A stretch of DNA of 32,000 nucleotides. Origin: Candidatus Omnitrophota bacterium (GTDB taxonomy: Bacteria > Omnitrophota > Gorgyraeia > Zapsychrales > JANLHA01). Made by a program: the position numbers and the translations under genes. The notes below the pieces were generated by a model, which was given only the letters and a program-made list of their open reading frames with translations, was not told where the DNA came from and ran no database searches. Of the stretch, positions 1 through 7,606 are shown piece by piece. The stretch spans positions 3,300,001 to 3,332,000 of the forward strand of contig OY759724.1 of the NCBI GenBank assembly GCA_963662715.1, in the 5' to 3' direction. Within the stretch, counting starts at the first letter, position 1, and every line of letters starts with the position of its first letter.

Positions 1-3000
1 ATGACCGTGTGATACCCGCCCGTGCGGCTGGTGGCATAATGCAGGGTCAGGCCGGTCCCGGCAACAGGGATATCTTCATGATAAACCCGGCTGCGGCAAG
101 AGACGTAAGAATCTTCAGAAACATCGCTTCTAACGGCATGAGCTTTACATTGATCTGTCTGCTGTTCGACATTAGAGCTTTTTCCGGAATTCGGGTCAGT
201 CGAACCTTCCGGAGGGCCGGACGGATAATTGCAGTCCCAGGCCGAAAAATGAGGCACCTCAACCCGCCAGTATGTATCGCCGGGTGTGTATTCAGATGGG
301 TCATCAAGTCCCGCAACTTCATCCGCATAATCTCCGTCACTGTCCAGATCATCCGGAAGAAAATCGCCGTCCATATCCAGGCTGTCAACAATACCGTCGC
401 TGTTATCATCCAGCAGGGTCACCACCCTGCCGTTTTCTGAAGCGATCCATTCCGCCTGGTCCGGGTCGTAATATCCGACCGGAACAATTTCCCCCACGTC
501 AAACCCTAAAAAGTTATCGATCCAGGTGATAACCGGGTTCTCAAACCGCACGTTGGCAACACCGTCCACGCTCAATTCCACACAATACGTGTAGGATGTG
601 GTCGGCGGCAGGATCGCGGGCATGGATTCCGGGGTTTTAAACTCCGTGGCCCGGATGGTCATCGTCGAAAGAGCGAAAAGGTCATCGCCGTTTTCATCAA
701 CGGCAAAAGCCTGATTGTCGCCGGTCATCACCACAGTGGCTTTACGGGTGCCGAACGTGTCGGTCACCGGGCTGCTTTCATGCAGCAACACGGTTTGTGC
801 ATTGCCGTCCAGGGTAAGTGTCGTGGCTTTTTGGTCTTCGGCTAATAATACCGGGGTTTCAACAATAACCACATCGTTGATAGGCACCTCGACTTTACGG
901 TACGCGGTTATCAGCCCCTGCTTTTGAAAAATCACGTTAAGAGTTGCGTCGCCTTCAACCGGCAGAGAATATTCGCCGCTGGTGTCGGTCTGTACTGTGC
1001 CGTATTCCGGATGACCGTCAATTGTGACCAGGACATCAGGAACAGGGTCGTCATAAATATCCAGCACCTGGCCTCTTATCACGGCAAAAGTATCCGGATC
1101 GTATTCTGCGATAGTGGCATCGTCCGGGACAAGCTGTTCATATTGCTGGCCGTAAGCCCCGTCCGGCTGAGAAGCAGGTTCCGACTGCACGGAAACCAGC
1201 ACCTGCGCGCTGGCCGAGCCGTTAGGCCCGGTGGCCGTGACAGTATACGTTGTCGTATGCTGGGGCGTCACTTCGAGTGTTCCGCTCACCCCGACAGCCC
1301 CCATATCCTGATCCATATACACGTCATAAGCATCTGTTGACGTCCAGGAAAGGGTTGTGGATTCTCCGGCCTGAATCACCGCCGGGTTGGCGGAAATTTC
1401 AATAGCGGGCCGTCCATCATCCACCAAAACTGTTACGGTATCTCTGGCCGTGCCTTCGGGCCCGGTCGCGGTAATGGTATAAGTCGTATCCGTGACCGGA
1501 TAAACAGCCACAGCCCCGTTAGGATCTACTGCTCCGATTTCAGGTTCGATCGTACAAGTATCCGCATCCGTGGAAATCCAGTACAGGGTTGTAAACTCCC
1601 CGGCCTGAATCGCCGTAGGCTCCGCCTCAATGCTCACGGTCGGCGGAAGCGTGGTATATTCGGTGACGACATCAAAATTCGTGTCATGGTTCAGCCAGCC
1701 GTTGGCATCGCCATACTGAATATAATAATAGGCGATATCATTATCAGCGATATCTCCGTAATCCGGGATACTAGTCCAGGCAAATGTCACTGTTATTGTA
1801 TCCGTGCCGATCACGACTTCGCTGTCCCCAGCCTGCAAATTTATGAATTCAGAGCCGTACCCGCCTTCCTTAATAAACCCCGTATCCTTATACCAGCTTA
1901 AGTATCCCCGGTTGGGATTGCCCGAATCATCCTGGTAATTGATCAGAATCGACACCCTCTCCATGGAATCCGGTTCCGGCACGTTAAACACCAAGGTCGC
2001 CTTCTGCACATCCGCACTATTGGCCAGCACGGTTTGTTTATCCACAGTCAAAGAAGAAAGGCCGGCCCGCATATCCTGCACGTCAAAGTTCGTGTCATGG
2101 TTCAGCCAGCCGTTGGCATCGCCATACTGAATATAGTAATAGGCGATATCATTATCCGTTATGCCGCCGTAATCCGGCAGACTCCTCCAGGCAAACGTCA
2201 CGGTTATTGTATCCGTGCCGGTCACGATTTCGCTTTCTGCTGTCTGCAAATCGATGTACTGAGAGCCGTAACCGCCTTCCTTAATAAATCCCGTATCCTT
2301 ATACCAGCTTAAATACCCCCGGTTGGGATTGCCCGAATCATCCTGGTAATTGATCAGAATCGACACCCTCTCCATGGAATCCGGTTCCGGCACGTTAAAC
2401 ACCAAGGTCGCCTTCTGCACATCTGCACTATCAGCCAGCACGGTCTGTTTATCCACGGTCAGGGAGCCTAAACTTGCCCGCATGTCCTGCACGTCAAAGT
2501 TCGTGTCGTGGTTCAGCCAGCCGTTAGCGTCGCCATACTGAATATAGTAATAGGCGATATCATTATCCGTTATGCCGCCGTAATCCGGCAGACTCCTCCA
2601 GGCAAACGTCACGGTTATTGTATCCGTGCCGGTCACGATTTCGCTTTCTGCTGTCTGCAAATCGATGTACTGAGAGCCGTAACCGCCTTCCTTAATAAAT
2701 CCCGTATCCTTATACCAGCTTAAATACCCCCGGTTGGGATTGCCCGAATCATCCTGGTAATTGATCAGAATCGACACCCTCTCCATGGAATCCGGTTCCG
2801 GCACGTTAAACACCAAGGTCGCCTTCTGCACATCTGCACTATCAGCCAGCACGGTCTGTTTATCCACGGTCAGGGAGCCTAAACTTGCCCGCATGTCCTG
2901 CACGTCAAAATTCGTGTCATGGTTCAGCCAGCCGTTAGCATCGCCATACTGAATATAGTAATAGGCGATATCATTATCCGTTATGCCGCCGTAATCCGGC

Positions 3001-3800
3001 AGACTCCTCCAGGCAAACGTCACGGTTATTGTATCTGTACCGGTCACGACCTCGCTGTCCCCGGCCTGCAAATCGATGTACTGAGAACCGTAACCGCCTT
3101 CCTTAATAAATCCCGTATCCTTATACCAGCTTAAATACCCCCGGTTGGGATTGCCCGAATCATCCTGATAATTGATCAGAATCGACACCCTCTCCATGGA
3201 ATCCGGTTCCGGCACGTTAAACACCAAAGTCGCCTTCTGCACATCCGCACTATTGGCCAGCATGGTCTGTTTATCTACGGTCAGGGAACCTAAACTCGCC
3301 CGCATGTCCTGCACGTCAAAGTTCGTGTCATGGTTCAGCCAGCCGTTAGCGTCGCCATACTGAATATAGTAATAGGCGATATCATTATCCGTTATGCCGC
3401 CGTAATCCGGCAGACTCCTCCAGGCAAACGTCACGGTTATTGTATCTGTACCGGTCACGACCTCGCTGTCCCCGGCCTGCAAATCTATAAATTCAGAGCC
3501 GTAACCGCCTTCCTTAATAAATCCCGTATCCTTATACCAGCTTAAATACCCCCGGTTGGGATTGCCCGAATCATCCTGGTAATTGATTAATATCGAAACC
3601 CTTTCGATTGTCTCGGGTTCGCTGGTGCTGAATTGCAAAGTCGCTGTCTGAAGGTCAGAATTATTAGCCAGCACCGTTGTTTTCCCGACAGTTAAAGACT
3701 CCAAGACCGCGGGATCTTCGGCAAAAACCGGAGAAGAAAAACAGGCGATTAATAATACGGCGGCTACTCCTTTGAGAATTTTTTTGCAGTGGCTGGACAT
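1..3800 (-). CDS. Giant secreted (possibly lipoprotein) Rhs/teneurin-like surface protein, N-terminal ~1266 codons; the 3' end runs off the left window edge
   Basis: Not in the ORF track because there is no stop inside the window. Hand translation from ATG at 3800-3798 (SD-like AAAGGAAAAG just upstream) gives MSSHCKKILKGVAAVLLIACFSSPVFAEDP..., a signal peptide with a LIAC lipobox-like motif. It continues with 5 x 137-aa repeats, then two ~80-aa Ig-like modules (PTVSIEAEPTAIQAGEFTTLYW... and PAIEISANPAVIQAGESTTLSW...). Next comes a CarboxypepD_reg-like segment (IRGQVLDIYDDPVPDVLVTIDG). The last part visible, at the window edge, is ...YWRVEVPHFSAWDCNYP...IPVAGTGLTLHYATSRTGGY, which resembles the region preceding YD repeats in bacterial teneurin-like/Rhs proteins. 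No minus-strand ORF ending between 410 and 3800 is listed, so the frame stays open to the window edge. The frame was spot-checked by hand at 3-59 and 1380-1439. Confidence 0.8.
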   Translation of the reverse strand, partial: MSSHCKKILKGVAAVLLIACFSSPVFAEDPAVLESLTVGKTTVLANNSDLQTATLQFSTSEPETIERVSILINYQDDSGNPNRGYLSWYKDTGFIKEGGYGSEFIDLQAGDSEVVTGTDTITVTFAWRSLPDYGGITDNDIAYYYIQYGDANGWLNHDTNFDVQDMRASLGSLTVDKQTMLANSADVQKATLVFNVPEPDSMERVSILINYQDDSGNPNRGYLSWYKDTGFIKEGGYGSQYIDLQAGDSEVVTGTDTITVTFAWRSLPDYGGITDNDIAYYYIQYGDANGWLNHDTNFDVQDMRASLGSLTVDKQTVLADSADVQKATLVFNVPEPDSMERVSILINYQDDSGNPNRGYLSWYKDTGFIKEGGYGSQYIDLQTAESEIVTGTDTITVTFAWRSLPDYGGITDNDIAYYYIQYGDANGWLNHDTNFDVQDMRASLGSLTVDKQTVLADSADVQKATLVFNVPEPDSMERVSILINYQDDSGNPNRGYLSWYKDTGFIKEGGYGSQYIDLQTAESEIVTGTDTITVTFAWRSLPDYGGITDNDIAYYYIQYGDANGWLNHDTNFDVQDMRAGLSSLTVDKQTVLANSADVQKATLVFNVPEPDSMERVSILINYQDDSGNPNRGYLSWYKDTGFIKEGGYGSEFINLQAGDSEVVIGTDTITVTFAWTSIPDYGDIADNDIAYYYIQYGDANGWLNHDTNFDVVTEYTTLPPTVSIEAEPTAIQAGEFTTLYWISTDADTCTIEPEIGAVDPNGAVAVYPVTDTTYTITATGPEGTARDTVTVLVDDGRPAIEISANPAVIQAGESTTLSWTSTDAYDVYMDQDMGAVGVSGTLEVTPQHTTTYTVTATGPNGSASAQVLVSVQSEPASQPDGAYGQQYEQLVPDDATIAEYDPDTFAVIRGQVLDIYDDPVPDVLVTIDGHPEYGTVQTDTSGEYSLPVEGDATLNVIFQKQGLITAYRKVEVPINDVVIVETPVLLAEDQKATTLTLDGNAQTVLLHESSPVTDTFGTRKATVVMTGDNQAFAVDENGDDLFALSTMTIRATEFKTPESMPAILPPTTSYTYCVELSVDGVANVRFENPVITWIDNFLGFDVGEIVPVGYYDPDQAEWIASENGRVVTLLDDNSDGIVDSLDMDGDFLPDDLDSDGDYADEVAGLDDPSEYTPGDTYWRVEVPHFSAWDCNYPSGPPEGSTDPNSGKSSNVEQQTDQCKAHAVRSDVSEDSYVSCRSRVYHEDIPVAGTGLTLHYATSRTGGYHTV
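1650..3704 (-). repeat. Five head-to-tail copies of a 411-bp (137-codon) unit inside the giant CDS
   Basis: Antisense ORF ladders in the track are spaced exactly 411 nt apart (1686/2097/2508/2919/3330 and 1939/2350/2761/3172). Copies 2097-2507 and 2508-2918 differ at 4 of 411 positions by direct comparison. The outer copies are more diverged, especially 3580-3704. Confidence 0.95.
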
Positions 3801-4064
3801 GAACTTTTCCTTTCGAGGATAAAATTGGATAAGGAATAAAAAATTATAAATGGGGTATTTAATAAATTAAAAAACAGAAAATCTATTCAAAGAATCAGGG
3901 GAAAAAATTTATCTCACCCTTCTCTTTTTGAGATAACCCGTCACTGAAAACACATTCATCTCTTTAGAAGGGCGATGATTTATTTAAGGGGTAGTATTAT
4001 TTTACCAGGGGAAAATTTTTTGCCAATCGGCTGACTTGACATTAACTGACTTTTCTTACTGCTT

Positions 4065-4090
4065 TTGTGAAATTTTTTTAAATTTCACAA
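4065..4090. promoter_or_regulatory. Perfect 11-bp inverted repeat TTGTGAAATTT-N4-AAATTTCACAA; candidate operator upstream of the giant gene
   Basis: Read directly from the sequence. It lies in the AT-rich spacer about 265 bp upstream of the ATG at 3800. There is no adjacent U-tract, so it is not a convincing terminator. Confidence 0.3.
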
Positions 4091-4254
4091 AACATAAAGC
4101 AAAAAAAGCCCGCGCTCACTTTCTGTTTGACGAAAATTCCTGTAGTAAAATATTTAATTTATGGGGATAGATAGGGGAAAAATGTGTGAATCTGGGGTAG
4201 TAAAATTATTATAAGATGATTTTATGCAAAAATCAATATGACAAACCAGGACAT

Positions 4255-4296
4255 GTTGCCCTGTCCCTAAAAGGGGACAGCTCCTTTCTTTTTCTT
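4255..4296 (+). repeat. Intergenic motif copy a: GTTGCCCTGTCCC, hairpin and pyrimidine-rich tail
   Basis: GTTGCCCTGTCCC at 4255-4267. The hairpin is CTGTCCC (4261-4267) / GGGACAG (4274-4280) with a 6-nt loop, followed by CTCCTTTCTTTTTCTT. It lies just downstream of the sulfotransferase stop. Confidence 0.6.
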
Positions 4297-4350
4297 GACC
4301 ATCCAGACTACAAAACGTATTTTTGAAACCATTAAAGGGCATTCTATAAC

Positions 4351-5250
4351 TTATAGATAACCCAAATCTTTCAAAACAGGACCTGTAATAGAAACAATTT
4401 CCTCAATAGGTTTAGGATCAGAGTTCTTCCATTTTCCAATTCGATTCTTGTTAGGAATCTCACACAATTGCTCCATATTTTTATAATCTCTCATCCCGAC
4501 ATGATCAAGCATTTTGGAAATGATCTCTTTTGGATTTTGACACAAATCCTCATATCGAAGGACCAAAACCCGCGTATGGTCTCTGTGCGCAATAAGCCGA
4601 GACGTACTCTCCTTCCAAAGAAGGGCTCCAAACATATTTTTTCTAGGAGGATTTTTAGCCTCTTTAGAATGAATGGAATCGAAAGATAATCCCTCATACT
4701 CTTTTATATCAATCTTATTAAAAAAACATTTCTTTTTCAATTTTGTAAACATATACCAATCCGCACGAAATAACAGACAAAATTTAAGATAACCAAGGAT
4801 GTGAGGAAATTCACTAGCCGTTAGACATCGAGTCGGAACACCCATCCCCAACCCCGAAAGAACAACATCCCGACTATCACGAACGATTCCGATAATCTGG
4901 CCACGAGGAAACAATTTAAGCATATACGGAATCATGTATGACAAGAAGGGCATCTTAAAACCCCACGGACGAGAAAAATCAAAGTATTGAGACAAAATTT
5001 TATAAGCTCTCTTGATTTCATTTTGAGTAGGACTCCGTAAACCTTCATGGCGAAGAAAGGCCTTTTGACATAATCGATTAAACTCTTTATTAGAAAAGTC
5101 GTTATTATCGGCTATTATAGCTTTTTTCCCACGACCAAAATCGACCCCCCTCTTTTCAAAAATCTCAACCAGCATCCTCGTTCCCGCATGCCACATACCT
5201 GTGAGAATGATCGGCTTATCAAAAAATAAAAGTCTTTCTTCTTGAGCCAT
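4351..5250 (-). CDS. Sulfotransferase family protein
   Basis: 299-aa ORF. It has a PAPS-binding-like N-terminal loop (ILTGMWHAGTRML), a 3'-phosphate-binding-like motif (RDSRDVVLS) and a C-terminal LRYEDLCQNPKE...LDHVG pattern typical of sulfotransferases. The gene is visibly more AT-rich than the neighbouring tal/tkt genes. Confidence 0.7.
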   Translation of the reverse strand: MAQEERLLFFDKPIILTGMWHAGTRMLVEIFEKRGVDFGRGKKAIIADNNDFSNKEFNRLCQKAFLRHEGLRSPTQNEIKRAYKILSQYFDFSRPWGFKMPFLSYMIPYMLKLFPRGQIIGIVRDSRDVVLSGLGMGVPTRCLTASEFPHILGYLKFCLLFRADWYMFTKLKKKCFFNKIDIKEYEGLSFDSIHSKEAKNPPRKNMFGALLWKESTSRLIAHRDHTRVLVLRYEDLCQNPKEIISKMLDHVGMRDYKNMEQLCEIPNKNRIGKWKNSDPKPIEEIVSITGPVLKDLGYL

Positions 5251-5425
5251 CGTTAACCTCCCTTTATAATTCCTTTAATTTCGAAGCCAAGGGCCTTCAT
5301 TGAAACATCCTTAACGTAGATTCAGCGAAGAATCCTTCAAAGCGAGTTCCGCAGCCGTTCCGCTTTCATTGTCCAAGAGTCGCGGAACGCTGAAAGGACT
5401 GTTTAAGCGAAAAGAGTTCTCCTCT

Positions 5426-5475
5426 CCGAAAAGTTGCCCTGTCCCTAAACGGGGACTGGCCCCTCCTTCTTCTTT
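5426..5475 (+). repeat. Intergenic motif copy b: CCGAAAAGTTGCCCTGTCCC, short hairpin and pyrimidine-rich tail
   Basis: GTTGCCCTGTCCC at 5433-5445, followed by TAAACGGGGAC and CCCTCCTTCTTCTTTTC. It aligns with copy a over about 42 nt and overlaps the last codons of the transaldolase ORF. Confidence 0.6.
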
Positions 5476-6578
5476 TCGATGGCATGGAACAAATCAGCGA
5501 AGGATTTCTTGAAAGCATCTACGCCGTCTGCGAGCAGGCTCCGGCAGATATCGTCTATCTGAATTCCGGTTTGCGGAAGGACTTTAAAAACTGTGCGCGC
5601 TTCCTGTTCATCCAAGGCCAGATCATGTTTCAGCTGACCATGGTCTAAATAGGCAAATAGCGTCTTTTCCGGCACGGTGTTGACGGTGTCTTTCGCGATA
5701 AGCTCTTCCACATATTTGATATCACTGTAGGCGGGGTTTTTGGTCGATGTCGACGCCCATAAAACACGCTGGGGACAGGCCCCTTTCTTTTTCAGCTGAA
5801 GCGCCTGACCGGAAGAAAACAGCTGCCGGTATTTTTCGTAAATGAGCCGGGCATTGGCCACGGCAACCCGGCCCTGCAGAGAGGAAAAGATCGCTCTTTC
5901 ATGATCCGTCTGCGCGGCAAGCAGTTTTTCTTTCAAAACCTGATCGACCTTTGTATCAACACGGCTCACAAACACACTCGCCACCGAATGAATCCGGCGT
6001 AAATCCTTTTGCCGGGCATTGGCCTGCTGAAGTCCGTCCAAATAAGCGGCCGCTGTCTGACAGTATTGTTCGATGGAGAAAATGAGCGTCACATTCACAT
6101 TGACCCCCTGCGCCAACAGGGCTGTCACAACCGGGAACCCGGCTTCTGTAGCCGGCACTTTGATCATCACGTTCGGGCGGTGAACAGCGTCAAAAAGCCG
6201 CAGCCCTTCCTTAATAGAGGCCTCTGTATCGTCAGCCATCAGGGGATTGATCTCCAGGCTCACGTAACCATCCAGAGCATTGGACTGTTCATAAACCGGG
6301 TTAAAACAATCGGCCGCGTCCTGAATATCCCTGATCGTCAAAGCATCGTAAATATCAGGGACAGAACAGCCCTCCTGATGCATGCGGGTGATCACATCAT
6401 CATAATCCGTCCCCCGGCTGATCACCTGGTTAAAAATGGCGGGATTGGAGGTCATGCCTTTCAGGCCTTGCGCGATCCATTCATTCAACGCACCGCTTTC
6501 GATCAGCTGACGGTTGATATAATCAAGCCATATGCTCTGTCCGAAAACAGCCAATTGTTCGAGCTTGTCGGCCGGCAT
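5445..6578 (-). CDS. tal: Transaldolase (long, ~375-aa type)
   Basis: 377-aa ORF with SIWLDYI, GMTSNPAIF and the Schiff-base lysine context VMIKVPAT. SD-like AGAGGAAAG lies upstream of the ATG. Confidence 0.9.
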   Translation of the reverse strand: MPADKLEQLAVFGQSIWLDYINRQLIESGALNEWIAQGLKGMTSNPAIFNQVISRGTDYDDVITRMHQEGCSVPDIYDALTIRDIQDAADCFNPVYEQSNALDGYVSLEINPLMADDTEASIKEGLRLFDAVHRPNVMIKVPATEAGFPVVTALLAQGVNVNVTLIFSIEQYCQTAAAYLDGLQQANARQKDLRRIHSVASVFVSRVDTKVDQVLKEKLLAAQTDHERAIFSSLQGRVAVANARLIYEKYRQLFSSGQALQLKKKGACPQRVLWASTSTKNPAYSDIKYVEELIAKDTVNTVPEKTLFAYLDHGQLKHDLALDEQEARTVFKVLPQTGIQIDDICRSLLADGVDAFKKSFADLFHAIEKKKEGPVPV

Positions 6579-6599
6579 AACTTTCCTCTATGATTTCTT

Positions 6600-6640
6600 C
6601 CGAGAAGTTGCCCTGTCCCCTTTTATTTTTTTTATCTTTT
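6600..6640 (+). repeat. Intergenic motif copy c: CCGAGAAGTTGCCCTGTCCC followed by a T-rich tract
   Basis: 6600-6619 matches 5426-5445 at 19 of 20 positions. It lies between the transketolase C-subunit stop (6639) and the transaldolase start (6578). Confidence 0.6.
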
Positions 6641-7577
6641 ATTTCCGTTTGACCGCTTTCTTGGCCGCGACCGCGATATCCACATCTTTCAGATGATAGG
6701 CTTTGAGCAGTTCCTGCGGAGAACCGGTTTCCCCGAAACGGTCCTGTACGGCAACCATCTCCATGGGAACAGGACAAAAACGCACAAGCACTTCCGCCAC
6801 AGCGCTGCCCAGCCCGCCGTGGATCTGGTGCTCTTCAGCCGTAACAATCGCCCCGGTTTCGGCTGCCGCCTGCTGGATGGCGGAAATGTCGATCGGCTTA
6901 ATCGTGTGCATATTGATCACACGGGCCTCGATCCCGTCCTTCTTCAATATCTCTGCGGCCTGCAGGGACTCGTAGACCATGAGTCCGCAGGCAATAAGAG
7001 TGACATCCGTGCCTTCTCTCATGACCACAGCCTTGCCGACCTCAAAAGGATCCGACTCTTTGGTCATAACCGGAAAAGGCGCCCGGGACGTTCTCATGTA
7101 AACAGGGCCTTCTGCCTGGCTGATCACGCGCGTGGCTTTGGCGGCTTCAACGGCATCCACCGGGCAGATCACCTGTATATTCGGAAGGACACGCATAATC
7201 GCCAAATCCTCCAGGCATTGCGCGGAAGCGCCGTCTTCCCCGACCGTAATCCCGGCGTGGGAACAAACAAATTTCACATTGCGGTTGTTATAGCAGACGT
7301 CCAGCCGGATCATATCATAAGCGCGGTTGGTCATGAAAACGGCAAAAGAACAGGCAAACGGGATAAAGCCATGGAAACTCAACCCGGCCGCCGTGCCCAC
7401 GACATCCTGTTCGGCTATCCCCAGGTTATAAAATCTCTCGGGAAAAGCTTCCTTAAAATATTCCGCCCGGGTCGCGTCTTCCAAATCACCGGATAAGACC
7501 ACAATTTTCTCATTCGTTTTTCCTAATGCCACCAGTTCATTGCCGAAACCGTCCCTGGTCGGGATCATTTCACTCAT
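6639..7577 (-). CDS. Transketolase, C-terminal (pyrimidine-binding) subunit
   Basis: 312-aa ORF with RDGFGNELVALG..., FYNLGIAEQDVVGTAAGLS and typical Transket_pyr plus C-terminal domains. It sits directly downstream of the N-terminal subunit gene. Confidence 0.9.
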   Translation of the reverse strand: MSEMIPTRDGFGNELVALGKTNEKIVVLSGDLEDATRAEYFKEAFPERFYNLGIAEQDVVGTAAGLSFHGFIPFACSFAVFMTNRAYDMIRLDVCYNNRNVKFVCSHAGITVGEDGASAQCLEDLAIMRVLPNIQVICPVDAVEAAKATRVISQAEGPVYMRTSRAPFPVMTKESDPFEVGKAVVMREGTDVTLIACGLMVYESLQAAEILKKDGIEARVINMHTIKPIDISAIQQAAAETGAIVTAEEHQIHGGLGSAVAEVLVRFCPVPMEMVAVQDRFGETGSPQELLKAYHLKDVDIAVAAKKAVKRK

Positions 7578-7606
7578 CTTTTTCTCCTGTTGACTTCTCT
7601 GTAAAT

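Noticed and set aside
1686-3545. Ladders of nine plus-strand ORFs of 63-92 aa (MVQPAV... and MIRIDTLSMESGSG...) that look like a repeated small-gene family
   Set aside because: They are antisense shadows of the five 411-bp repeats in the minus-strand giant CDS. The minus-strand translation is continuous, has a signal peptide and gives sensible domain sequence.
1650-3704. The tandem array as a CRISPR array, or as diversity-generating retroelement template/variable repeats
   Set aside because: The 411-bp period has no spacers and lies in frame within a CDS, so it is not a CRISPR array. Differences between copies run in both directions (G/A, C/T) rather than being adenine-specific, and no reverse transcriptase gene is in the window. 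A DGR is therefore unsupported.
4067-4089. The palindrome as a CRP/FNR-type site (TGTGA...TCACA)
   Set aside because: The TGTGA and TCACA half-sites are separated by 14 nt, not the 6 nt of CRP/FNR boxes. It is reported only as a generic palindromic operator candidate.
4154-4342. 62-aa minus-strand ORF in the AT-rich spacer
   Set aside because: It has no SD, runs through the hairpin motif, has low-complexity composition and contains no recognisable motif.
4267-4350. In-frame readthrough peptide after the sulfotransferase stop ending ...VKKKKGAVPF, resembling the transaldolase C-terminus ...EKKKEGPVPV
   Set aside because: The similarity comes from both frames running through copies of the same intergenic DNA motif. 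The third motif copy gives no similar peptide, so the conservation is at the nucleotide level and not coding.
6009-7496. Plus-strand ORFs 6009-6593 (194 aa), 6693-7496 (267 aa) and 6703-6975
   Set aside because: They lie antisense to clearly recognisable transaldolase and transketolase genes and contain no motifs. The same applies to 24611-25246 (opposite the gspL-like gene), 13875-14309, 12955-13221 and 13468-13728.
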